A DNA stretch of 64,000 nt from a virus. Lineage: Duplodnaviria; Caudoviricetes. A model generated the notes under the pieces. It did not search any database and was not told the DNA's origin. It saw nothing but the letters and a program-made list of their open reading frames with translations. The stretch is from positions 1-64,000 of IMG/VR virus record IMGVR_UViG_3300002220_000003. One strand, 5' to 3'. Positions 34,651 through 45,100 of the stretch are shown here, piece by piece (the first letter of the stretch is position 1; each line of letters starts with the position of its first letter). The translations under genes were made by a program, and so were the position numbers.

Positions 34651-35406
34651 TTATTCGATAACATCAGTAGGGGTAATATCAATCACCTTGCCACAGATAT
34701 GATCGAACATGCCGTAGAGCTTGATTGTCCGCTTTGGTAAATCTGTAACGGGAAATCTCTTTCCGACCTGAGTAAAAGCATTGAAAAGGCTCCATGCAGT
34801 ACGATCTTGAAAATCTTTGTAGGTGGGCTCTCTCCACTCTTTGAGGACGGCCGGGATCGCCTGATTCGGAATGACCTTATAATCAACCGCTTTGATAATC
34901 ATGTCATGTGCGTCATAATCATCGAGATAAAATTCCCGGTATGCAGCAATTCTTTCGTCCTGTGCATGTTTGGCAATCGCTATCTTGCCAACGGCCCCGA
35001 CAACCAGTCCGGGAAGATCGTCCATGATATGAACCGTATGTTTGCGGGCGATTGCAATCTCACCAGAGAAGGCGAGATTATCACAGATAAAAACATTTGT
35101 CCCGACAACAAGTCCCGCCGGGAAGACCTTATCATGAGAATTACGAAGACCAACGGTCATTGCATAATCAGGATTGTCTTCGCGGATTCTCATAAGGGCA
35201 AAAAATCTTGCGCCATCTTTCGCAACACCGGTCTGCATAAAATTGATTTCAAGACCATTATCAATAATAGTCTTCTCAACAAGATCAAGAAGTGTTGCAT
35301 GGGGAATTGGATGCCAGATTCCTTCCGGATTAGGGGTCGGAATTTTCCCGAGCAATTCCCTTTCAATCAATTTGCCGCCTGCATGTAACATTAATTCTTT
35401 TGCCAT
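34651..35406 (-). CDS. DUF932-family phage/plasmid protein
   Basis: WHPIPH, DGARFF, GLRNSHDK, FICDNLAFSG, RKHT. Confidence 0.75.
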   Translation of the reverse strand: MAKELMLHAGGKLIERELLGKIPTPNPEGIWHPIPHATLLDLVEKTIIDNGLEINFMQTGVAKDGARFFALMRIREDNPDYAMTVGLRNSHDKVFPAGLVVGTNVFICDNLAFSGEIAIARKHTVHIMDDLPGLVVGAVGKIAIAKHAQDERIAAYREFYLDDYDAHDMIIKAVDYKVIPNQAIPAVLKEWREPTYKDFQDRTAWSLFNAFTQVGKRFPVTDLPKRTIKLYGMFDHICGKVIDITPTDVIE

Positions 35407-35422
35407 AATTTGTTCCTCCCTT

Positions 35423-35653
35423 TTATTTTATATAGTTCTCTTTGTAAAGCCGCATATCTTCTTTCAGATCATTTATATTAGCAGGAATTTGATCTAATCC
35501 CAATTCATGAAATGATTCAAAAATATATTCCTTGATCAGGGCGAAACTCCAGCCTTCCGCAACACCGATTAAAAAACAATTGCCTGCAAATTCCCTCCAT
35601 TTCTTTGTTGATTGAATCATCAAGCCCGTATAATATTTGTCTGAATTTTTCAT
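35423..35653 (-). CDS. Hypothetical early protein
   Basis: 76-aa ORF, coupled to its neighbour. Confidence 0.55.
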   Translation of the reverse strand: MKNSDKYYTGLMIQSTKKWREFAGNCFLIGVAEGWSFALIKEYIFESFHELGLDQIPANINDLKEDMRLYKENYIK

Positions 35654-36036
35654 TATTTCCCCAGTCCTGTTCTGACCATTTGCGATGAAAATTTGAATCT
35701 CTTGCCATCTTCCCTCTGACAGATAATCGGATACTTCTTGGATGAGGGCTTGATCTCGATGATCTTGTACATTTTACAATTAAATCCAAAGGATTTCCCC
35801 CTATCATCTTCTTCAAGGCCGAACATTGGGGCATAAAACGCAAAATCATCTTTAACACCCTCTTCCTTGCCTTCGGTCGTTCCGGTCAGGCGGCAGGTAA
35901 ATCTTGTAGGGGTAAAGGAAATTGTACCAATTTCCAAATTGATGCCATATTCATCCTTGATCATATCAAGAACGGCTTGCAATTCCGGGCGAAGCATTTT
36001 CATTGAATCTTTACTAAATGATGTGATCTTACCCAT
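35653..36036 (-). CDS. Conserved phage hypothetical early protein
   Basis: 127 aa, YGINLEIGTISF..GKSF...Y.I.......KYPI; TAATG coupling. Confidence 0.65.
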   Translation of the reverse strand: MGKITSFSKDSMKMLRPELQAVLDMIKDEYGINLEIGTISFTPTRFTCRLTGTTEGKEEGVKDDFAFYAPMFGLEEDDRGKSFGFNCKMYKIIEIKPSSKKYPIICQREDGKRFKFSSQMVRTGLGK

Positions 36037-36263
36037 TATTCCCTCCCTTTGGAAAATTTGTCGATCAGGCTCTCGATGATCGCAAGCCTATCACAAAGCT
36101 CCTGTCCTTCCGGATCATCTTCATCAACCTGCTGGATATCATCGGCGACCGCATCCCTCTTTGTTTCGAGTCCCTGCAAAACCTCCTCAATCTCGTCTGC
36201 CATTAATTCAAATAATTTTTTCCCCTCCACTCCTGCCTCCTTATATGATTTATTGGATTTCAT
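36036..36263 (-). CDS. Acidic hypothetical early protein, probably leaderless
   Basis: ATG is 7 nt downstream of the P3 -10 box. Confidence 0.6.
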   Translation of the reverse strand: MKSNKSYKEAGVEGKKLFELMADEIEEVLQGLETKRDAVADDIQQVDEDDPEGQELCDRLAIIESLIDKFSKGRE

Positions 36264-36335
36264 ATTATAATTATATCATATATTTAGGGAATGTCAAGTG
36301 TTTTTTTAAAGAATTTAAATTTTTTTTCCCGAATG
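36264..36335 (-). promoter_or_regulatory. Sigma70-type early promoter P3
   Basis: TTGACA (36297-36292), 16 bp, TGATATAAT ending at 36270; about 85 bp of similarity to P1. Confidence 0.8.
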
Positions 36336-36384
36336 ATTTCAATAGGTTATAAAACCAACGATCAAAAAGGCCCATTTTAAAGGA

Positions 36385-36423
36385 TAAAAATAGCGGGGCG
36401 GTAAAGGGAGAAATCCGCCCCGC
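36385..36423 (-). terminator. Terminator ending the late (structural/lysis) operon
   Basis: GCGGGGCGG / CCGCCCCGC stem followed by TATTTTT on the minus strand. Confidence 0.75.
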
Positions 36424-36446
36424 CGGAGTAGCCCCGATGGCAGGAA

Positions 36447-37175
36447 TCAAGGGCTCTCTTTTGCATCCCAATACTCCTGCAACATCACACATCCTTCCTC
36501 GTGCAATCCAAAGGATTTTGCTCTATCAGGAGTTGTATATTTTGACGCCCATACAATCTTAAAATGAGTGGATAGATAGGCGTCTGGCATGATTACATCC
36601 CTACCTCTCATTTTTGTCCTATATAATCCAAGTTCGCGGCGATGACCAACATAGCAAAGGGCGACCATTTCCGTACATGATACACCGAGGCCATATTTCC
36701 GCATATTAATTAATGCCGTCTTTTTATCTTGAAATAGATCGCTCTCAATTTCAAGATCAAAAGTAAAGGTATCATCATAAGGACATCCAATCATTAAATG
36801 TGCCCTATCCACAGCGTCATAGCGGGCGCGTTCTGATATCAAAGGCTTAAGGATTACTGCATAATCGGTATGTAAAGGATAATATGGAGAACGACAAACA
36901 ACACCTTCGCTTACCGCTTCGATTATTTGAGTTGTATTTTTTTTATCTATCAGCCATGCATGTTTCATAAATCCCTTAATTGCTACATTGCTCAAATCAC
37001 CTCTATTTCGATGCAAGCCAATATACCCCGGATATGATCTTTCGATGGCGATTACCATTTCATCATAATCAATAAAGCGTTTATATTCCCCCCATGCAAA
37101 ACCGAGAAGACAATGTTCTCTTCTGATATCACCTGCAACAAAAATAATTTTTTTCTTAATGTCTCGAATATTCAT
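36447..37175 (-). CDS. Permuted papain-like NlpC/P60 enzyme (YaeF/YiiX-like)
   Basis: His before Cys: FMKHAWL, IIEAVSEGV, IGCPYD..F, SCTEMV..CY. Confidence 0.7.
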   Translation of the reverse strand: MNIRDIKKKIIFVAGDIRREHCLLGFAWGEYKRFIDYDEMVIAIERSYPGYIGLHRNRGDLSNVAIKGFMKHAWLIDKKNTTQIIEAVSEGVVCRSPYYPLHTDYAVILKPLISERARYDAVDRAHLMIGCPYDDTFTFDLEIESDLFQDKKTALINMRKYGLGVSCTEMVALCYVGHRRELGLYRTKMRGRDVIMPDAYLSTHFKIVWASKYTTPDRAKSFGLHEEGCVMLQEYWDAKESP

Positions 37176-37429
37176 TTTTGATCTTCTTTTTGGAATGGAT
37201 TTGGTATTTCGTATACTCTATGACAAGCCAATAAAGTACATTGCACTCCTATGTAATCTGTATACCATTTTCCATCTTTGCACCATATAGATCCCGAACA
37301 GGTATTACATCCATCTCCGGCTGGAAAAGTATATGGGCAAGGATTGTCCCGGGGGCATTCGATGCAGTCTTTAGCCATGACCGGAGAAACTAATAAACAG
37401 ATCAAAATAATAAAAATAAATTTTTTCAT
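37172..37429 (-). CDS. Small secreted Cys-rich protein
   Basis: Signal peptide MKKFIFIILICLLVSPVMA, then 8 Cys. Confidence 0.6.
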   Translation of the reverse strand: MKKFIFIILICLLVSPVMAKDCIECPRDNPCPYTFPAGDGCNTCSGSIWCKDGKWYTDYIGVQCTLLACHRVYEIPNPFQKEDQK

Positions 37430-37938
37430 GATGTTTTTCTCCTATCAAATTCAACATGAACATAATCTGGATTTGGTTTGAAATCGGCCCCAACCCGAAA
37501 ACCAACAGACCGGGCAATATCCGCTGCCTCCTGATAGTCCGGGATCTGATCATGATCGATATCTGCTTTTAAATCCCACGTCGGTTTATTATTCTCTTTC
37601 AATATTGCATAATCAAACGCCAGACATTTACCCTCCCATTCGGGATGCAATCTACAGAGAGGATCCTCTTTTCCAAGAGGAAAATGTCTACTATTCAAAG
37701 TCCATGTCACCTGAATATTTTGCTCTTGAGTAATAATTGACATTTTGGCAAGCCTTCTCAGCTCATTAACAACAATCAATTTTTCCCGGCCCATTGAATA
37801 TAAAGCAATCTGCTCATCTTTTGTCCGTTTAACGCAAGTGATCATAAATTGAATATTTGCCTGCGACATACCAATTGAAAATTCGTGATAGAGGATTTGT
37901 GCCGGGCCGATAAGATCATTAATATCTCTGCTTGCCAT
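37426..37938 (-). CDS. Endolysin, M15-family (L-Ala-D-Glu) peptidase
   Basis: R..DEQ..LY..GR, VTWTLNSRH, AFD, D..HVEF. Confidence 0.82.
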   Translation of the reverse strand: MASRDINDLIGPAQILYHEFSIGMSQANIQFMITCVKRTKDEQIALYSMGREKLIVVNELRRLAKMSIITQEQNIQVTWTLNSRHFPLGKEDPLCRLHPEWEGKCLAFDYAILKENNKPTWDLKADIDHDQIPDYQEAADIARSVGFRVGADFKPNPDYVHVEFDRRKTS

Positions 37939-38339
37939 TATTTACTCCCTATCACTTTTATTTCTTTTTGAATGGTATACAATTTTTCCCGATTGACATT
38001 AATCGCATCCCAAATGTCCTTTTGTTCTATCTTACAATCAGAAACGAAAACTTTGGCATTCAAGGATTGAACGATCTTATCAAGAGTGTTTTTAATTGTA
38101 CATTGAGTATTTGCATATCGATCACGCCAGTCATTAAGTTCTTTTTCTCTCAAAACTCGATTTTCCTCAAGCAATAATAATCTTTCTTTTTCTTTTTCTT
38201 CCCTGTATTTTTCCCGAAGATGTTCTCTCTGCTCTCTTTTTTTATCAAGCCGATTAAGCCACCATCCCAAAATAACAATACTTATAGGAACAATAATAAC
38301 CGTTACAAATAAATTCCATGTCATAATCGGTTGATTCAT
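37938..38339 (-). CDS. Single-TM coiled-coil protein (holin or lysis-associated candidate)
   Basis: TM WNLFVTVIIVPISIVILGWWL; immediately upstream of the endolysin. Confidence 0.5.
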   Translation of the reverse strand: MNQPIMTWNLFVTVIIVPISIVILGWWLNRLDKKREQREHLREKYREEKEKERLLLLEENRVLREKELNDWRDRYANTQCTIKNTLDKIVQSLNAKVFVSDCKIEQKDIWDAINVNREKLYTIQKEIKVIGSK

Positions 38340-38357
38340 TTCTACCCCCTCCATTTA

Positions 38358-41300
38358 TTAATATAGATACCCGAACAAATGCACATAATTAGTTGCCCCG
38401 CCCGCATGGTTAGCCACGTTCATCTGTATCACCGTTCCGGCTGCATATGATTTACTCTTTACCGATGTCGCCGCAGGTACGGGCTGCAAAATGATTGCAT
38501 CGTTCTCGGCATCCAAATTGTCGCATTGAGTAGCCCCTATCCAGTCCGTTTCCGCTGTGTCCTGCCCGATGGATATATCTGTGCTTGCCGCATCTGCCCC
38601 CGCTATGACGATTGCCTTTGTCAATACAAGCCGCTTCCCTGCCGGTACGGTATAAAGCGTCGTATCCCCGTCCGCCGCAAATGATACGGTAGTTACTGAT
38701 AGGAGACCTTCCGCATTGTCTGTTTTGATAGGGCGCAGGAACGAGTAGCCGCTTGCAGGATAAGAAGCGTTTAGACCATTGGTTGTACTGTCTTTCCAGC
38801 CGTCCCGCTGTATCCCTTCACCTTCAAGGGCGAGGGTCGCGCCGATTTCGACAGCGTTCACATCATCAAACTCAAAGGCAATTCCGTTAAAACCAGTCGT
38901 TGCTACACCAATATAAATTGGGCCATCAGCTGTTGGCAGTATTTCGCCACTATATGTTGCTTCTATTCCGGTTGGAGTAAATGCAAACGCATTACCTTCG
39001 GCGGGTGAACTTGAAAATGCCTGTCGCCCTGCATAAATTGTTGTTGATGCACCCGCATTTAATCTGGCCTTCAAAGATATTCTATATCGTTTCCCTTCTT
39101 TGAGGGGATTAGGTGTATTCAAATATATTAAGTCATTTCCTCCATCACCAAGAACATAAGCCTTCCCTGGTACGGTAGTATTTACATCAAAGGTGGCGCA
39201 TCCAGTGTTTACCCAATTCCCAGCTCCACTAAAATCAGCATCAGTTCCCGTTACGATATTCGTCTGACTCCCCCACTTATCAGCATAGGCGATACCATTC
39301 CTATACAGGTCAAGCACTTCTGCTGCGGTGAGGGCACGGTTATACACAATACAAGAATGGATTACCTCAGCACACCTGTAACCGCCGGGGAGTGTCGCCA
39401 GATATAACGGCTCAGCATTGCTGATGTCTGCCGTAGCCCCTGCGGTTATAGGAACTGCATCGCCGAGCTGAACACCGTTGACGGTGAATATCACCGACCC
39501 AGCCGTTGATGCTGTCTCACGGGTTATTATTACCCCCACTTGAGCTTCAGCACCATCGGGCAACCCCGTTGCGACAGTAGACATAGCCGATATGGTGCTG
39601 GTAATCCTCACAAAAAGCTTGCCATCCGGCAGGACAACAAACCTGATGCCCTTGATATCTACTTCGTACTTATCAACAAAATAAGTAGTTGCGCTTGGTG
39701 TCCAGTCGGCAAGGCGTACCTTATAAAATACGGCAAAGTTGTTTGTTGGATTGTCAAGATTAGCGTTGTCGGCAACCGATGGGCCATAATAAGAACCGGC
39801 AGCATAGGTCGTAGCTATCGCCTGACTCATTGCCTTTGGATTGCTCATTATTTCCACTTCTGACAGCAATGCCAGTGGTGATGCCGGAGTATAGGTTACA
39901 TTTTCAGGTCTGCTATGGAGCCGTGCATATCCGGCTACTCCATTATGATCTGCTGTCCATATTTGAGCCATGTCAGCGGGGGAAGATGTAGGAGCGGTGC
40001 CGGAGCTTATTGCTAATACTTTAGCAGCAGATGTACCTACTGCTGTAGATGTACCAAGAATGAGATTACCACCACCGAGAATAGTGAGCAAATCTGTAGA
40101 GTAATTACGAATATGTAAGACCGTCTCTGCTGCTGCAAGTGCTTGGTGAGTTGTACCACTCTTTTTACTCCCACCAAGAACAACCGCTCCATTTGTATCA
40201 GCAGGATTATCAGAACCAAATACTCCATATATCTGCAATGGATTTGCGTCTGTATCTGTAAGTCCGAATATACTTAATCCACCAGCAGTGGTGTTTGTTG
40301 CATATATTTTCCCATAAGCATCCGTAGGAGCTATGTCTGTCATACCATGGTCTACTCCAGCCGTTCTAAGATAAAATTGGTCTGCGTTTGTTATAGTAAA
40401 CTTTTTATCAGCTATTGTAGCTTCAGCAGTATCTGCAACCGTATTAAGAGCTACATGAAAATCTCCCCTATAGTTATTTGCTGTTCTCTCAAAAAATATA
40501 GCTCCTTTTCTTGTACCTGCATATCCAAATTCTATTCCTGTATAATTGTTTAGTGCTGCAAGACTTGAAGTTATTGCCAAAGCACCTACATCATTTGTAG
40601 CAGTATATATCTGTATAGGTCGTTCTGGTGCTGTATAACCAAATCCTGTATTGCCATTACCAAGAATGGTTAATAATGCAGTTGAGGAATTTAATACCTG
40701 AAATGCAGTTTCAGCATCAGCCAATGTTGTAACATCAGTTCCGCCTGCATCTTTTTTAAGAGCATGAATCGACATGGCTGGCACGGTATCTGTAGGATTG
40801 TTGTTGCCAATAATACCCCAAATCTTTACTCCAGTAGCATCACCATCAGAAAATCCTGTAAAAGACACACCACCTAATGTAGCAGAGGCTTTTTTGAAAT
40901 AAGCATATGTGTCCGTTTCGGTATTACCTGTTATTCCATGAGCAACATCACTTGATTTAAATGATATAATTTCATCATCGGCAGCAAGCTGGTTGATCGT
41001 GAATCCATAGGTATTCTTTGTGTTGGCAGTATCCTGCCACATTAAGGAATAGCCAGTTTGGTATAATAAACTATTCTCTAATCCCGTAGCGTCAGAAGTA
41101 TGTTTTGGAATATAGTTGTCGGTCAGTCCAGTAAGTTTGACAGTCGTTAGCGTTGGAGATCCCGACCACGATGGATCAGCGCCAGTATTTCCAATCAAGA
41201 CTTCTCCGGTCGCACCAACAGCAATCGGTGTTATTGCCGATGTCCCGGATCCAACCAAAACCCCGTGATCAGTAAGGGTTGCCGCGCCGGATCCGCCGAG

Positions 41301-41423
41301 AGTCACAGATAATGGTGCCTTAAAACTATTTACCGTCGTGCCCTGACCAAAGGATCCGCCGGCAAATAATCCGATTATCAATATTGCCGATAAAAATGTT
41401 GATGCAAATTTTCCTATTTTCAT
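38358..41423 (-). CDS. Tail fibre / receptor-binding protein with internal duplication and a LamG/ConA-like domain
   Basis: G/T/A-rich beta repeats; IVYNRALTAAEVLDLY LamG motif; last gene of the tail module. Start re-called at 41423. Confidence 0.75.
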   Translation of the reverse strand: MKIGKFASTFLSAILIIGLFAGGSFGQGTTVNSFKAPLSVTLGGSGAATLTDHGVLVGSGTSAITPIAVGATGEVLIGNTGADPSWSGSPTLTTVKLTGLTDNYIPKHTSDATGLENSLLYQTGYSLMWQDTANTKNTYGFTINQLAADDEIISFKSSDVAHGITGNTETDTYAYFKKASATLGGVSFTGFSDGDATGVKIWGIIGNNNPTDTVPAMSIHALKKDAGGTDVTTLADAETAFQVLNSSTALLTILGNGNTGFGYTAPERPIQIYTATNDVGALAITSSLAALNNYTGIEFGYAGTRKGAIFFERTANNYRGDFHVALNTVADTAEATIADKKFTITNADQFYLRTAGVDHGMTDIAPTDAYGKIYATNTTAGGLSIFGLTDTDANPLQIYGVFGSDNPADTNGAVVLGGSKKSGTTHQALAAAETVLHIRNYSTDLLTILGGGNLILGTSTAVGTSAAKVLAISSGTAPTSSPADMAQIWTADHNGVAGYARLHSRPENVTYTPASPLALLSEVEIMSNPKAMSQAIATTYAAGSYYGPSVADNANLDNPTNNFAVFYKVRLADWTPSATTYFVDKYEVDIKGIRFVVLPDGKLFVRITSTISAMSTVATGLPDGAEAQVGVIITRETASTAGSVIFTVNGVQLGDAVPITAGATADISNAEPLYLATLPGGYRCAEVIHSCIVYNRALTAAEVLDLYRNGIAYADKWGSQTNIVTGTDADFSGAGNWVNTGCATFDVNTTVPGKAYVLGDGGNDLIYLNTPNPLKEGKRYRISLKARLNAGASTTIYAGRQAFSSSPAEGNAFAFTPTGIEATYSGEILPTADGPIYIGVATTGFNGIAFEFDDVNAVEIGATLALEGEGIQRDGWKDSTTNGLNASYPASGYSFLRPIKTDNAEGLLSVTTVSFAADGDTTLYTVPAGKRLVLTKAIVIAGADAASTDISIGQDTAETDWIGATQCDNLDAENDAIILQPVPAATSVKSKSYAAGTVIQMNVANHAGGATNYVHLFGYLY

Positions 41424-41436
41424 AAACCCTCCCTCT

Positions 41437-42180
41437 TTAGGTTGTCGTCCAAATATTACTACCATATGTTATCCATTTTGTTGCAGATACAAGAACGACA
41501 TTTAAAATAGCAATCCCTGTATCGGAGCAATACATTGTTCCGGATGCCGAACTATCTTCGATATAATCTCCGGTATCAACGCTCAAAGTCAGTTTGCCTG
41601 ATCCCAATTTAACAACTTTAAAATTAACCCCTATATTATCAATGGTTACTGCCGGCAGATTCAATACTTGATCAGATCCACTATCTACAATAATCAATTT
41701 ACCGCTATCTCCGACAGTTAAAGTCCCTCCGGTCGCCATTGTCGCATGGGGAATAATAAGTCCTGTTGATGATTCTCCATTCGCTACAATCCTTACCTGA
41801 GTAGCAGAAATGGCGATTGCTATAAGATATGGTGTTGATGTCGTCGTCAAGGCCCCGGCTGCGGTCGCATATAATTTATTCCCGGGAGTCCATGTCCATG
41901 AAGCATACGTCATTGTACCATCAATCTGACCATATCCTTCGGCATCAATTTCTGTTGATGTAGATCGCCATAATCCATGACAAGGTGTTGCATTTGTTGA
42001 TTTATAGGCCTTACCATCGGCGGCGACATAAAAAGGATCCCTGATCGCCAATGCCGCACCAGCCGTTAATTTTAAAGTGCGGCCGCCTTCGATCTTTGCC
42101 ATTACATCATTCCATAGGGCATTCCATTCGACTGTTCCCGAAGGTATCAATGGAAAATTGTTATTTGTCGTATTGCTCAT
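41437..42180 (-). CDS. Minor tail / fibre-associated protein
   Basis: 247 aa, WTWTPG..LY....G.LT motif and a C-terminal beta-rich segment. Confidence 0.6.
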   Translation of the reverse strand: MSNTTNNNFPLIPSGTVEWNALWNDVMAKIEGGRTLKLTAGAALAIRDPFYVAADGKAYKSTNATPCHGLWRSTSTEIDAEGYGQIDGTMTYASWTWTPGNKLYATAAGALTTTSTPYLIAIAISATQVRIVANGESSTGLIIPHATMATGGTLTVGDSGKLIIVDSGSDQVLNLPAVTIDNIGVNFKVVKLGSGKLTLSVDTGDYIEDSSASGTMYCSDTGIAILNVVLVSATKWITYGSNIWTTT

Positions 42181-42191
42181 CTCCCTCCTCC

Positions 42192-45100
42192 TTACACCAA
42201 ATTAACTGTGATAACATAGACATCACTAAATTCTCCTCCGCTTCTCTGATAGACATTAAATTTATAAGTCGAAAATGGCCCGCCGTCCTCAGTCTGTAAT
42301 GCTTCCGTATATGAGTAGGTCTTATCTGATTGAAATATCGTTCTCAAAACGGTATCATCATCTTTAGTTATCACGATTTTAAATTCGATGAAATCAACAT
42401 CATCCGGGGTATCTGCAACATATGTGCTGAATCCCTGATTTTTTCTATTTCTGGTGTAGAGGGTTAAATCAATGTCGCCGGTATCCACGGTAATCGATCC
42501 GGCATTTGTAACAAAAACATCGTTGATCTGTATATTTGATAAGGCAAGAGGCTTATCACAAAGAGCGAGAATTTCTTTTGTCAATACATCTACATCACTC
42601 AAATCTTGCTCTTGTCCCCGGAAATTAAATGAAGCAATCTTAAAATACAACTCTCTATGCTTGTCGCTCTCGACCATTTCCGGGAAAAATTGAACCTGAT
42701 TATATAAGGAAATCAAATCCCCCGTCGCCATCGATCCTGTCGAATTTAAGAGGGTCAGTCCGGTACAATCAAATATAATCCCGGAGAATCTCCATTTCAT
42801 CGTATCAACAAGAGTGGCATCTTGAAAACGAAAATAGACATCTCCATAATCTCCTTGAGCAACAAAAAGATTAAGTTTAGGTGATGTCAATAAAGTATCA
42901 AGATCAGAAGCTGAAGAGAAGGTATAATCATAAGTAAATTGTGCTTCTATATAAGCATTACCATCGTCATCTATTCCAACATCGGTAATCTCTCCGACAA
43001 CTCCCGAAAAAGAAGCCCGCTTATGAGAGGCAAAAGATCCTGTATTAATATATGATTTATACAATGTCGCTCCCGCCCATTGTATTTCGTCAGGTTTGGA
43101 AGAATTGATTGCAAGAATACACTCTCCCTGAGTATAATGAGGATGAACTTCGATCATTATAGGATTGACTACCCCCGATGCTTCGGCGCATAAATCAGGA
43201 GTCTCGGTTGATACAAAAGTATCTTCTCCATAACTCACAACATCATGTATTCCATCTCCCTCTTCTTCGGCTTCAACCTCTATTTTATAATCATCTCTTT
43301 CGCCGATCGAAAGAATACGAATATCAAAATCAATCAATTCAATAAGAGCATTGGTATATGTGATAACCTCTCCGGGTTTTAGACCAAGTGATTTAGGCCC
43401 AAGAATAAAAGATAATCCCCGGGGATTAAATAAAGTTTTTCTCAACATAAGGGTCGCCATCACCTGCGCCCTCTCCTGCGTCATAAGGCCATCAAGTTTT
43501 ACGGTTTGAGGCTTGAGGCCAAATCGTCTTATGTCAAGAGAATCATCATCAATAGCCGTTGCGATATTATAATCGTTTGCCCTCTTTGTAAATTCAACAA
43601 TAATTTTATTAAAAAGGTCTCTTAGCCCCTTCTTTGTAATATCAATAGGAAGGGTATTGCCATCTTTAACAGTATACTCATCTGTATAAGATGCAATAGG
43701 AGTTTCGGCTTTAAGCTGATTGTGAGAAATCATTCCATCATAATAAGTGATGTATCCATTATGATGGCCAATAATATACTCGAGAACATCCAATATTGAC
43801 ATTTGCTTTTCAAATGACATTGAAACAAGCATATCATTGTCTACGCAATATTCCTGAGTATCAAGAAATGTATCCGTTTTCAAATAAGTGCTTTCATCCC
43901 AACCCAACCCATACAAAGAATTTGTTAAAATCCTACGAGAGACAAAAGTGGGAGGAACATCCCTTGCAATATATTGCCGGAGTTTAATTTTTTCTCCTTC
44001 CTTATGCTCCACTATCCAATATTCATTATTATCCTTAAAAGCAACCCCAACTTCATAAACCCCAGTTTCTGATACTCTTGATTTATAAGTAGGATCAGAA
44101 GTAGATATATTAAGTTCATAAAGTGCATTTTCAAGAGGATATTCAGGGGGATGATAATAATAACTCGGTAACAATATCTTATTTTGCCTCATATCAAATT
44201 TACTCATTAATGGATAGCAATTTGTTCCATCGATTTTTTCATCGGTCCAAATCACAGATTGATCACTTAATTGAAATTTAATTAAAAAAATACCATTATA
44301 CCATTCGCCAGCCATCAAATATAAATACCCATTATTGTCAGCCAAAACCGCACCACTGGAATACATATAATGAGAAGTATTATTGAGGGTATCCGAAACG
44401 GACATTGTAGCCTTATCTAATCTTCTAACCGTATTATTTCCCGATGCCCAGCCACCGAAAGCAAAATACAAATAATCATCATCTTGAGTAAGTCCTGATC
44501 TCCCATAAGCTGTCGCCCCCCAAAGACTTGTTGCATCTTTGAAAGTCCCATCAGAAACATAATATCTAAGAATAGACAATCCATATGAATTGGTAGTCAA
44601 ATATATGTAAGTATCATCAACAACCATTCCTCTATATGCACCATCATAATCCATTGTATATGTCGCAACTAAAGAGAAATCAGACAAACTATACTTACAG
44701 ACTTTTTGACGATAATTAAACCAAAGAAAATTTTTCCAAATATAAATGGTGGTTACTCCATGTTCTCCTACGGAAACCGATGAATCTTCAGAAGTTTCGA
44801 TCGTCTCTATATTTTGATATCCAAGAAGAGAAAGAGAGTCTACCTCATCATCGGAAATCTCTCCTCTCACTTCAAAAGTAAAATTCGGTACATTGCTTGA
44901 TCCACCTAAATCAAAATTTGGAAAAACAACATAGCATAGATTTTTCCAAACAGGGAATCTTGTCTTCCCTTCGGCAGTCATTGCAGATACTAAATTGCTA
45001 TCAGAAGTTATTTGTGTTCCATCATAAACCGTATATGCGGATTTATCAATGAGGGTATTACCGGCCCATATCCTAAGAACATCTGCCGGTCCCATGCAAA

